Source: a virus (Duplodnaviria; Caudoviricetes). Taken from it: a stretch of DNA of 35,743 nucleotides. Under the pieces are notes generated by a model. It worked only from the letters and a program-made list of their open reading frames with translations. It made no database searches and was not told the origin of the DNA. Location of the stretch: positions 1 through 35,743 of the IMG/VR virus record IMGVR_UViG_3300018050_000477; one strand, written 5' to 3'. Positions 1 to 8,238 of the stretch are shown here, in pieces. The translations under genes were made by a program, and so were the position numbers. How positions within the stretch are numbered: the stretch's first letter is position 1; each line of letters opens with the position of its first letter.

Positions 1-1022
1 CCAACGCCTAAAACTGTAGCATCAGTTGTTCCCTGTACAATTAAATTACCGTCTGATATAATATTTCCAGCAACATCTAATGCTTCAACAGGATTTGTGT
101 TATCTGGACCAACTCCTACAAATCCGTTAGCATCAATATGAACTGCTGTAACAGGAGTTCCGTTGTTGTTTAATTTGAATTCAATGTAATTTCCGCTAGT
201 TCTGGAGATAAACAATGTTGAATTAGCATCTGTAGCAATGTTAAAACTCTTATTACTACCAATACTGATGCCGCCGTTATTAGCAATGTTTAATGGAGAG
301 TTAGTTGTCTGCTCAATGTCTTTTCTAACAAAGTTATCAGCTGTAACATTTTTTCCAAATACTACTAGGCCGTCAGCTTGACTAGCAGTACCCCAAAATT
401 TAGTTGGTGCTGTAGTACTTGTTGAGTCAACTGTTGAAAGATTGATACCTTGACCAATGCTTGGAAATCCAGAAATACTAGTCTTTGGTGTGAAAGCAGC
501 TTTACTGATCATTGCAATTCTGTTGTTTTCTGAATAAATCGTAACAACATTATGATCAGTGTTATTTGTATCTGTTATAGTTTCAATATCTGGGCCAGTT
601 TTTAAACCAGAACTAAATTGCGGGCCTACTAATAGCCAGTTAGATCCAGAATAAACATATACTTGTTGATTTTCTGTATCAACCCACAAGTCGCCTTTAC
701 TGCTGTTTACAACACTAGGTTCTGTTGCTGACTTTTTAACGGTACCTGCTGGCGTCCACCCTGTACCGTCATAAACTTTAAGAATGTTTTCACCTGCTCC
801 GTTGTCATACCATAACTGTCCCTGAACAGGATTAGGAGGACTAGTGTTTTTTGCAAAGTTTTCAAGTAAGTGTAAAAAGTTTTCTGCTAGAACAGGTGCA
901 TACGCACTATAATTTTTACCTGGAAACTGTAAACTAGTTTCTTGATTAATACTTTGGTCTGCAACAGTAATGCTTGGTTTAGCAGGATTAGTAGTTTCAG
1001 TAAATTTAATTTGATATGGCAT
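1..1022 (-). CDS. Tail fibre / baseplate-associated fibre protein (runs off the window edge; absent from the ORF track)
   Basis: ATG at 1022-1020 and the frame stays open to the edge. Translation MPYQIKFTETTNPAKPSITVADQSINQETSLQFPGKNYSAYAPVLAENFLHLLENFAKNTSPPNPVQGQLWYD...SKGDLWVDTENQQVYVYSGSNWLLVGP...VGVGPDNTNPVEALDVAGNI. The GQLWYD/GDLWVD and VGVG..NP..ALDVAGN motifs are typical of phage fibre proteins. Confidence 0.75.
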   Translation of the reverse strand, partial: MPYQIKFTETTNPAKPSITVADQSINQETSLQFPGKNYSAYAPVLAENFLHLLENFAKNTSPPNPVQGQLWYDNGAGENILKVYDGTGWTPAGTVKKSATEPSVVNSSKGDLWVDTENQQVYVYSGSNWLLVGPQFSSGLKTGPDIETITDTNNTDHNVVTIYSENNRIAMISKAAFTPKTSISGFPSIGQGINLSTVDSTSTTAPTKFWGTASQADGLVVFGKNVTADNFVRKDIEQTTNSPLNIANNGGISIGSNKSFNIATDANSTLFISRTSGNYIEFKLNNNGTPVTAVHIDANGFVGVGPDNTNPVEALDVAGNIISDGNLIVQGTTDATVLGV

Positions 1023-1025
1023 TTA

Positions 1026-1634
1026 TTAAACTCCTGCTAGACCAGTTAAACTCTGTATACGTACTGTATAATCAATTTGAATCAAACGATTTAAACTTTT
1101 CTGTACAGGGTGGAATACCACATGAGTTAATAACAGACTGTTGTTTGTTGAACTGTAACTTTTTAAACCTAATTCATCAAATACATACAATCCGCTGTTG
1201 TTATTTGAGTTGTCAAACGCTTGTTGGCCGCTGGGCTCGCCGTAATCTAACAAACAAGTTACAAATAAATCTGTATAATTAGTACCAGTTACATGTCGTG
1301 TTTCAATAAAATTACGTGTTGGATCTGTGTTATTACTGCTTCTATCATCTACAACCTTACTATAAGTTTCGTTGTATAGACTAGCATTAGATCCGGTGCT
1401 GTTAGGAGTCAAATAGGTAACAATACCAGTTGGGTCAACTGCTGTTCCGCCGTTACCAAATGCCATTTCGTAGACAAAACCTTGTCCCGAATTAGCTAAA
1501 CTTTGCGCTAGGGCAATACTAATATTTTCATAGTGAATAGCGTTACGTTTATTGATGAACACTTCCCCAGATTCTGGGTTATGAATTTTAATATGTCCTT
1601 CAATATGTACGCCTGTTACGTCTTTACTCTGCAT
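1026..1634 (-). CDS. Conserved virion structural protein (baseplate or fibre-attachment-like)
   Basis: 202 aa with motifs GHIKI, MAFGNGG, LDYGEP, YVFDELGL and LLTHVVFHPVQKSLNR. It has its own late promoter and sits between fibre genes. Exact role is inferred. Confidence 0.6.
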   Translation of the reverse strand: MQSKDVTGVHIEGHIKIHNPESGEVFINKRNAIHYENISIALAQSLANSGQGFVYEMAFGNGGTAVDPTGIVTYLTPNSTGSNASLYNETYSKVVDDRSSNNTDPTRNFIETRHVTGTNYTDLFVTCLLDYGEPSGQQAFDNSNNNSGLYVFDELGLKSYSSTNNSLLLTHVVFHPVQKSLNRLIQIDYTVRIQSLTGLAGV

Positions 1635-1654
1635 AGTAATCTCTCTTTATCCAG

Positions 1655-1683
1655 TATTTATACGTTTTCATTAAGTGCTAACT
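1655..1683 (-). promoter_or_regulatory. Late promoter: exact T4-type TATAAATA (1655-1662) plus upstream element (1670-1683)
   Basis: Minus strand reads AGTTAGCACTTAAT-GAAAACGT-ATAAATAC, about 20 nt upstream of the ATG at 1634. A gp55 homolog is encoded in the window. Confidence 0.8.
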
Positions 1684-2096
1684 TTAAAATTAAAAGCTAT
1701 GCTGATCCTAACTTCATTGCTAGGATTTGGCCTTACTCTATGCTCTAACTTACCAGGAAACACTAATAAATCGCCTACGTTGGGTGTTTCTGTCCAATAC
1801 GCTCCACCCTGTTTGAATTCTATATCCCCACCAGGTAATGTAACATACAATACTGCTACCTTCGCCCAACGCACATGAGCATGCCATCCTGTATACTCTC
1901 CCTGTGTATTAACATTAAACCACCAACTATCTATAGGACCTTCCTGTAGTTCTACTGCTCTATACACCGATTCAAACCATTCAAAAGGTTGGTCAGTGCG
2001 TGGTCTGCTCTGCCAACCTCTCGTGCCTCTATCTCTAGGATCTAGTTCACGCTGTAGTAATATCTGTTCAGCAAGATCTCTAGGCAGGTTTATCAT
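1671..2096 (-). CDS. 2OG-Fe(II) oxygenase (TIGR02466 / 2OG-FeII_Oxy_5-like)
   Basis: Motifs GWQS, WFNVN, HAH (HxH), VAVLYV, GGDIEF, GDLLVFP..LEHRV and RISIAFN fit a DSBH fold with Fe ligands and a 2OG-binding RxS. The start is probably the ATG at 2096 (TGATG overlap with the upstream stop) rather than the GTG at 2099. Confidence 0.85.
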   Translation of the reverse strand: MINLPRDLAEQILLQRELDPRDRGTRGWQSRPRTDQPFEWFESVYRAVELQEGPIDSWWFNVNTQGEYTGWHAHVRWAKVAVLYVTLPGGDIEFKQGGAYWTETPNVGDLLVFPGKLEHRVRPNPSNEVRISIAFNFKVST

Positions 2097-3046
2097 CACA
2101 CATTATCTATTGCCCAGTAGGCGCTACCACCATAGTTTAGATAACTTGAGCCATTGAAGTATAAACTGCCGCCCAGTGCTGGCTGTGTAAATGTGCCTTC
2201 ACCACTGTCCATAACGCCACTGGTTATAGACAATACTATGTTTCGATTAGTGTCATTGGGATTAGTAGCCGAAACCACTGTTGCTGTATAGTTAGCCGAC
2301 ACAAATGTCCAGCCTGCTTGTACATTTTCTATACTTGAGTTAATAATTCTGTTTACATATATTGTAAGTACTCCGTCATTCCAAGCATCACCTGTAATAG
2401 TAACAGGACTGGCCGCAGTAAATGGTGTATCACTGCTCCAAGTCACTGTGCCTGTTTCTGATCCTATTGCTGTTTCGGCACTATTATAGAATTTACTTGC
2501 ATCATTTAATGCGGGCAGTAGGAACGCTGAACCCGTAGCGAGTTGTATAGGACTTGTTGGCGGTATGAAACCACCGGGATCAGTATATTTGGCCACGCCT
2601 TTCATAATGTGTAGATTAGTGATATAGCCCTTGTAAGTACCAGCAGCCAACTCACCGGTGCCTACATATAATGGTACATCGGTTCCAGTTATTAGTTCGG
2701 TGCTGGTAATGTTTGGGGTGTATTTCGAGCCATTAATGTAGCCTCGGATCACACCGTTATAACGCACATAGGCTATGTGTCTCCACCCTGCTCCAATGTG
2801 ACTCTGTACGGTGTTATTGACAGCATTGTTATTGACCCAGAAGTAGTCACTAAGACCATTTTCATAACTTATGGCCAACTGTTGTGTGGGATATAAACCC
2901 ACTGACCAAGGACGTGGATTGTTGCTGTTGTTTTCAACCTTCTGCCACCATTCGATGGTAAAGTCTGCCGGGGGGTTACCACCGCCTCCGCCACCTCCGC
3001 CACCACCGCCGGAGCCTCTTGCTAATATGATCTGTGATATAGGCAT
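2096..3046 (-). CDS. LamG / concanavalin-A-like lectin-domain protein, putative fibre-tip adhesin
   Basis: Motifs DFTIEWW, WRHIAYVR, GYING, LYVG, YKGYITNLHI, FIPPTSP and GGSLYFNG, plus an N-terminal run of 11 Gly. Shine-Dalgarno (SD) TAAGGA lies upstream. Confidence 0.8.
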   Translation of the reverse strand: MPISQIILARGSGGGGGGGGGGGNPPADFTIEWWQKVENNSNNPRPWSVGLYPTQQLAISYENGLSDYFWVNNNAVNNTVQSHIGAGWRHIAYVRYNGVIRGYINGSKYTPNITSTELITGTDVPLYVGTGELAAGTYKGYITNLHIMKGVAKYTDPGGFIPPTSPIQLATGSAFLLPALNDASKFYNSAETAIGSETGTVTWSSDTPFTAASPVTITGDAWNDGVLTIYVNRIINSSIENVQAGWTFVSANYTATVVSATNPNDTNRNIVLSITSGVMDSGEGTFTQPALGGSLYFNGSSYLNYGGSAYWAIDNV

Positions 3047-3055
3047 ATGAGTTCC

Positions 3056-6000
3056 TTAATTCGGAGTAACATTACCAGAGATCACCCACTGTTCTGGACC
3101 AATCTTCAGTAGTGTGACCATACCGTAGTTTTCTATGACATACCAATTGTTGTTGCCTTCACCTGCCAACATCACATCGATTGAACCGCCTTCTGGGCCA
3201 ATACCAATAGTATTACTGGTAGTGTTGACGATGGTGATCACAGAACCTACGGGGAATGGCACACGACTATTATAAGGAATCACAATGTTGTCATTGGCCT
3301 CATCACACAGAATGTGATGTCCGCGATCCTTTAATCCCAGCATATATCGCTGACCAAAATATCTGCGTTGTGGGATGTCTGTAGCTGAAGTAGTCTGTTT
3401 AGAACCATCAGCAAACACGATGCTGCCACCGTCGGTGTCGTGAATGGTTTCAATGGTTAAATCTGGATACCAGCTGTCAACATAGAAATTGCCTGTGCCT
3501 GTGGTCACTGCCGTGCTGGTGCTGATCGTAGGAGCCACTGCCAAGGCACCAGCATAGTTAAATTCACCTTCTATATCTATGGTGTTGATTGAGTAGTTGA
3601 CATCGGCTATTCCTGTGCTGAGAAAGTTGCTAGTTTCATCATTAACATCTTGATAACTGAATGAGCCGTACTCGCCTGTGCCCGAACCGTCTAGGGGTAA
3701 TCGAACTGCTAATCCTGATTCATAGTTGTCAGTGTCAAAATACGCACCAATATAGAAACTGTGATTATCTACGCACAGGCCACGAGGTGTAGCCAACCAG
3801 GTATCGTCATTGGTAGTAGCTGATAACCAACGTTTGTACACAGTTTCACCACTGGCTGTCAACTGGAATATTTTTATAGCATCATCATCAAATTCTTCGT
3901 GATATTGTTCTGCGACTACCATTAGATTACCATTGTATGTGCGAGCGATACAGGCATCGTCGCCGCCTTGAGTTCTACGCTGCCACTTGACTGTACCTGT
4001 GCTGTCCAGTTTAGTAATCACTGTGTCGCCATCGTCACTGCTGTCGTGTACCGCATAGATGTCTGTGCCAATAGTAATAACACTTTGAGCAAGGCAGTGG
4101 TCGCCAGCTTCATTGAGTTGTCGAACCCACTGTAGTGTGCCTGTGCTGTTGAATTTGAAGACTAGGGCAAGATCTCGGAAGTTGCCTGTGTTCAATTCAC
4201 CATAGCCTCGACCCACTGCGATAATGTTGTCACTGCTGTCTACTGCTACAGCATAGATTTTGTCATCATAGTCAACGTTGGTGTTGAAAGTACGCTGCCA
4301 AGTAGGAGTGACTAACAGTCCTTCCATACTCATTGGATAGGTAAGGCTCCACGAACCTGAACCACCAAAATTAACCTGTGTGGTTGTGTTTATCTTCCAA
4401 GTGGTAGACTGTGCCGTGCCAGTGAATTCGTGCGGATATTGAACACTTCCGCCACTGACACTGACTCTGACTGTTAGATCGTTTGCGGGACTAGTACCAC
4501 CTAGGCTTGTACCTTGAATAACAACAATGTCATTTTCTACGTAGTTTGATCCACCAGCAGAGACAGTCTGACCCCAATAATTAGAATAGTTGTTACTATC
4601 TCTTGGGCCTTCAAAAGTCAGTGTAAATCCTGAACCTACATCTGTGTTAGTTCCTGATAAACCTGTGTAGGTTATCGAGTCAGGGGCATCAGGACTAGCG
4701 GCTGTTCCTGTGTTAGTCACAAGAGTAATAGCACCCGCATCCACAGTAGCCACTGTAAGGACGCAGTCGTTGGCAGGTGTAGCACCGCCTAGGCTTGTAC
4801 CCAAAATCTTAATCTTGTGTCCTGGTAGATAGTTTGTGCCACCGCTAGCAATACCAGCACTATAAGTTCCATTACCGTTGTCAATGATGTCAAACGTAGC
4901 ACCACTACCTGTTCGTGTAGTACCAGTCAGGCCTGTGTAGCGTTCTAGGTGGACAATGTCCTCAAACGGATCTATGCCTGTTCCGCCAATCTGCCAACTT
5001 GTAGTTGGTATTGAAGGAAGGGCACTTCTCAATACACGAATAGTGCCTGTGGTGCTGCCTGTCTGTGCTGTGACGGGTATTTCAGCACTGAAGTCACCGT
5101 TCTTTTCACCGCCTAGTATTGGGACGTCTTCGCTGGTCCAAGCCATATCTAGTAGACGAACATCGTCGTTGATGTCGCTGAACTTTTGATTATCTAGGAT
5201 ACGTCCAGTATCTTGATCTAGGGTGACTAAAATACTATAGGTATATTCACCGTACATTTCAGCCAGGACCATAAGATTCCCACTGGCAGGATTCATACTT
5301 AAAGCATTGACACGACCATTGTCACCATTTCCGTCTTGTTGGATGATGATGCCCCACATTCTGTCGCCTGTGGGAGAGATTTTTGTCACAAAAGGTTGAC
5401 TGCTGTCGTCATCTTCACCGCCAACATATAGATAGCCTTGGCTGTCCACAGCGGTAGCACGACCTGCGATGTCGTACCCATTGTTATAACTAGTACCAAT
5501 GGCCATTAAGTAGCCCACTTGGCTCTGTGTTAGTTTCACATCACCATCATTAGGAATGGTCAGCGTACCGTCAGCACCAAATGTATAACTGTAGGCTTCG
5601 CTGTTGACGATGTTGTTGGCTATGCGAGCCGATTCATCCGCTGTGATTGCGGAATCTTCTGCTAGGATAGTTTCGGAGTAGTTAGCAACAACTAATGAAC
5701 TGTTAGTGGCAGGGTAAGTGACAAATCGTCCTGGCACACGACTTTCTGTGAATGACAAATTGCCAATGGTTAATTCTGTGCCATCTGTAGGCAACTGTAC
5801 TACAAAGTAATCTCTTTCATCGTCTGCTGTTTCACTGCTTTCAACACCGCCAGCGTTGTTGGTGCTGAATCCATAGCCGTCTACGGCAAACTTATTGCCA
5901 AATACTGCCACGGCCTGGCCACGATCAAAGTCGCTAGATTCTTCGTTCAAGTTCACAACATCCACATAGCGTTGCCAAACCACAGCACCTAGAGTGTTAT

Positions 6001-7189
6001 AGCGAGCCACGATCTGTTTACTGCTACGATACTCTTCTTGTATAACTTCTGGTGCTTCCGCAAAATAACTATCAGTCTTGTTCTCATAGGTAGTTGAGGA
6101 TAGGTAAACATCACCTACATCAGTGGCGGTGAGTCCCACGACAAAACTGCCGCAGGGTCCTGGACCAATTCTGCGTGTCCACTGTACTGTACCACTGGAG
6201 TTTAGTTTAGTCAGTACGGCTGCGGATCTAGCCTCAGTACCGTTGCCCTGATTAACTGTTTCAATTTCATAGGAACCCACAGCATAGATGTTGCCCTGTG
6301 CGTCTGAAGCACAGTCACCGCCGTACATATCGTAGCCGCCGGTTACGTCTAAGGTCTTGCTCCATACACGATCTAGATTTTCATCTAGTTTTTCAATGAA
6401 CATTATATCTGTATCGGATTCACTGTCATAGTACCAACCAGTGACAAACACATTTTCGTCACTGTCAACATCAATACCAGAGACTACTGTAATTACAGGA
6501 CTTTCTAAGGCCAGTGTTTTCTTTAATATTACTGAACCATCTGTACTGCTGATTTCCAAGACCAACACACTCTGCGGCTCAGAACCACCATTGGCTGCTT
6601 GAGCCACTAATGCTAATGTAGTTGAACTCTTTTCTTCAATGAAAGCACTATAGATTGGAAGTGGTCCAACATCATAACTCTTATTCCACAGTATGTCGCC
6701 TGTGGTGCTGAACTTAATCACAGTGATTTCAGGATCTCCATCGCTGACCGTAATGTAAGCACGATCCGTGCTGTCTATGGCTAGACTGTTGGGATCAACT
6801 TGCGTAAATGACTTTTGCCAGGCCACAGCACCAGCGGCTGTGTATTTGGTGATAACAGTGATTGAATCTTGAGCCTCGCTGGTCTTGGTCAATGCGTATA
6901 AGTTGCCTTCGCTGTCATAACGCAGGCCGCGTGGTTCAGTGTTGTAACCGTCTCTACGCTGTGTGGCAATCCAATGCTCTGTGTTGCCTGCTGTGACTAC
7001 TACATTTCCTTCGTCGGTTAGACTGGCAGCACTGCCGCTTGAGTAGTCTAACTCTAACCAGGTGCTAGTACCATCACCTATTTTTAATAGGCCAGTATCA
7101 TGTTCAAACCCTGGTTCGCCCTGTGCTAGGACAGGGTTTGCTTGTGCCCAGTTAGTAGCCGTGTCGCGTCTAAATTTAATTTTTGCCAT
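3056..7189 (-). CDS. Large tail fibre / receptor-binding protein: Mtd_N-like N-terminus, two beta-propellers, C-terminal fibre-tip domain
   Basis: N-terminus KIKFRRDTATNWAQANPVLAQGEPGFEHDTGLLKIGDG resembles major tropism determinant/hyaluronidase N-terminal domains. Blade repeats: TKYTAAGAVAWQK, TKLNSSGTVQWTR, KFNSTGTLQWVR, TKLDSTGTVKWQR. C-terminus PFPVGSVITIVN...TLLKIGPEQWVISGN. SD GGAG. Confidence 0.8.
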   Translation of the reverse strand: MAKIKFRRDTATNWAQANPVLAQGEPGFEHDTGLLKIGDGTSTWLELDYSSGSAASLTDEGNVVVTAGNTEHWIATQRRDGYNTEPRGLRYDSEGNLYALTKTSEAQDSITVITKYTAAGAVAWQKSFTQVDPNSLAIDSTDRAYITVSDGDPEITVIKFSTTGDILWNKSYDVGPLPIYSAFIEEKSSTTLALVAQAANGGSEPQSVLVLEISSTDGSVILKKTLALESPVITVVSGIDVDSDENVFVTGWYYDSESDTDIMFIEKLDENLDRVWSKTLDVTGGYDMYGGDCASDAQGNIYAVGSYEIETVNQGNGTEARSAAVLTKLNSSGTVQWTRRIGPGPCGSFVVGLTATDVGDVYLSSTTYENKTDSYFAEAPEVIQEEYRSSKQIVARYNTLGAVVWQRYVDVVNLNEESSDFDRGQAVAVFGNKFAVDGYGFSTNNAGGVESSETADDERDYFVVQLPTDGTELTIGNLSFTESRVPGRFVTYPATNSSLVVANYSETILAEDSAITADESARIANNIVNSEAYSYTFGADGTLTIPNDGDVKLTQSQVGYLMAIGTSYNNGYDIAGRATAVDSQGYLYVGGEDDDSSQPFVTKISPTGDRMWGIIIQQDGNGDNGRVNALSMNPASGNLMVLAEMYGEYTYSILVTLDQDTGRILDNQKFSDINDDVRLLDMAWTSEDVPILGGEKNGDFSAEIPVTAQTGSTTGTIRVLRSALPSIPTTSWQIGGTGIDPFEDIVHLERYTGLTGTTRTGSGATFDIIDNGNGTYSAGIASGGTNYLPGHKIKILGTSLGGATPANDCVLTVATVDAGAITLVTNTGTAASPDAPDSITYTGLSGTNTDVGSGFTLTFEGPRDSNNYSNYWGQTVSAGGSNYVENDIVVIQGTSLGGTSPANDLTVRVSVSGGSVQYPHEFTGTAQSTTWKINTTTQVNFGGSGSWSLTYPMSMEGLLVTPTWQRTFNTNVDYDDKIYAVAVDSSDNIIAVGRGYGELNTGNFRDLALVFKFNSTGTLQWVRQLNEAGDHCLAQSVITIGTDIYAVHDSSDDGDTVITKLDSTGTVKWQRRTQGGDDACIARTYNGNLMVVAEQYHEEFDDDAIKIFQLTASGETVYKRWLSATTNDDTWLATPRGLCVDNHSFYIGAYFDTDNYESGLAVRLPLDGSGTGEYGSFSYQDVNDETSNFLSTGIADVNYSINTIDIEGEFNYAGALAVAPTISTSTAVTTGTGNFYVDSWYPDLTIETIHDTDGGSIVFADGSKQTTSATDIPQRRYFGQRYMLGLKDRGHHILCDEANDNIVIPYNSRVPFPVGSVITIVNTTSNTIGIGPEGGSIDVMLAGEGNNNWYVIENYGMVTLLKIGPEQWVISGNVTPN

Positions 7190-7192
7190 TTG

Positions 7193-8221
7193 TTATGCTC
7201 CGTTTCCGTCAATTAGTAATTCGCCTTGTGGCGGTGTGTAGGCGTTACCGCCGTCTATCTCATAATTCTGTAATGCTGTTACTCTAGCGGCTAATTCATC
7301 AAGTGCCGCTTGTATAGTGCTTGGGACCGTTTCCCAGTTATCTTCATCTTCTGGTGCGTAACTGTTACTTCCACCACCTAGTACACTATTACCATTGCTG
7401 TCTAAAATATCGCCGTTTTCTGGCAATGTTAAGTTGCCATTTGATCCAAATACCCAAGCACCGGCTTGTGTGTATAGAGAAACCCCACCTGTTCGTGCCA
7501 ATTGTAGTGTACCAGTATCTGAATCGTAGCCGATTGCTCCACTAGGGAATGTTCCTGGAAAACTTAACCAGCCGTCTGTGCCAAACGTCCATTCTTTATC
7601 GCCTTCGTTTATACTAACAAGTAAAGAGTCTGGGCTGTTAGTACCAATAGCGGCTTCACCGTTTTCAGTTTCTAAATTTAAGAAACCTGTGCCGCCTACG
7701 TACATTTGATTACCATCAAACACAACATTGCCAGTGTCAGCACCGCCACCAATAGATTCAACTTCACCTGCTCGAATCTTGGGACGGAAAGCAATCTGTG
7801 TCCAATCGTCTGGATCAAAGACGGGTTTAGTTTTAGCATCAGCAACAGTTGACGCCCACATATTACCTGCTTCAGCAAATGCTTTGTCAGCACTGGTAAA
7901 CACTCCGTCTACTTCTACATAAATTTCTTCAATCTCACCGTCATCTAGTTCTTGAACACTATAACCTGCTTCTGAATAATTGCCGCTAGGAGTTTCTGCG
8001 CCGCTTCTAAACAAGTAGGCAGCGTTGTCAAGTAATTGTACAGCCTCAGTATCGCTACCAAATGTATCAGGATTATTACCGTCTACGTCATCAACTTCTT
8101 CAACACGATAAGTTGTTGCCTGTGTGACGCCAGGAATGACAACGCCAGTTGTACCCGCTTGGAGACTAACTCCGCCAATAATTAAATTTGGACTTTGTAT
8201 TTCAAATGGTTTATTTGCCAT
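7193..8221 (-). CDS. Acidic fibre / adaptor protein
   Basis: 342 aa with fibre motifs WTFGTDGWLSFP and WVFGSNGNLTLP, a short coiled coil TIQAALDELAARVTALQ, and C-terminal IDGGNA / IDGNGA. Confidence 0.65.
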   Translation of the reverse strand: MANKPFEIQSPNLIIGGVSLQAGTTGVVIPGVTQATTYRVEEVDDVDGNNPDTFGSDTEAVQLLDNAAYLFRSGAETPSGNYSEAGYSVQELDDGEIEEIYVEVDGVFTSADKAFAEAGNMWASTVADAKTKPVFDPDDWTQIAFRPKIRAGEVESIGGGADTGNVVFDGNQMYVGGTGFLNLETENGEAAIGTNSPDSLLVSINEGDKEWTFGTDGWLSFPGTFPSGAIGYDSDTGTLQLARTGGVSLYTQAGAWVFGSNGNLTLPENGDILDSNGNSVLGGGSNSYAPEDEDNWETVPSTIQAALDELAARVTALQNYEIDGGNAYTPPQGELLIDGNGA

Positions 8222-8238
8222 GGACTTTCGCTTCCTTT

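Noticed and set aside
2969-3010. G-run and poly-Gly tract as a phase-variation site
   Set aside because: The Gly codons are mixed and the homopolymer is only about 6 nt. It is better explained as a flexible linker.
3056-7189. Diversity-generating retroelement suggested by the Mtd_N-like domain
   Set aside because: No reverse transcriptase, no C-type-lectin variable region and no TR/VR repeat pair with adenine-specific mismatches were seen in the window. Mtd_N is only an attachment domain.
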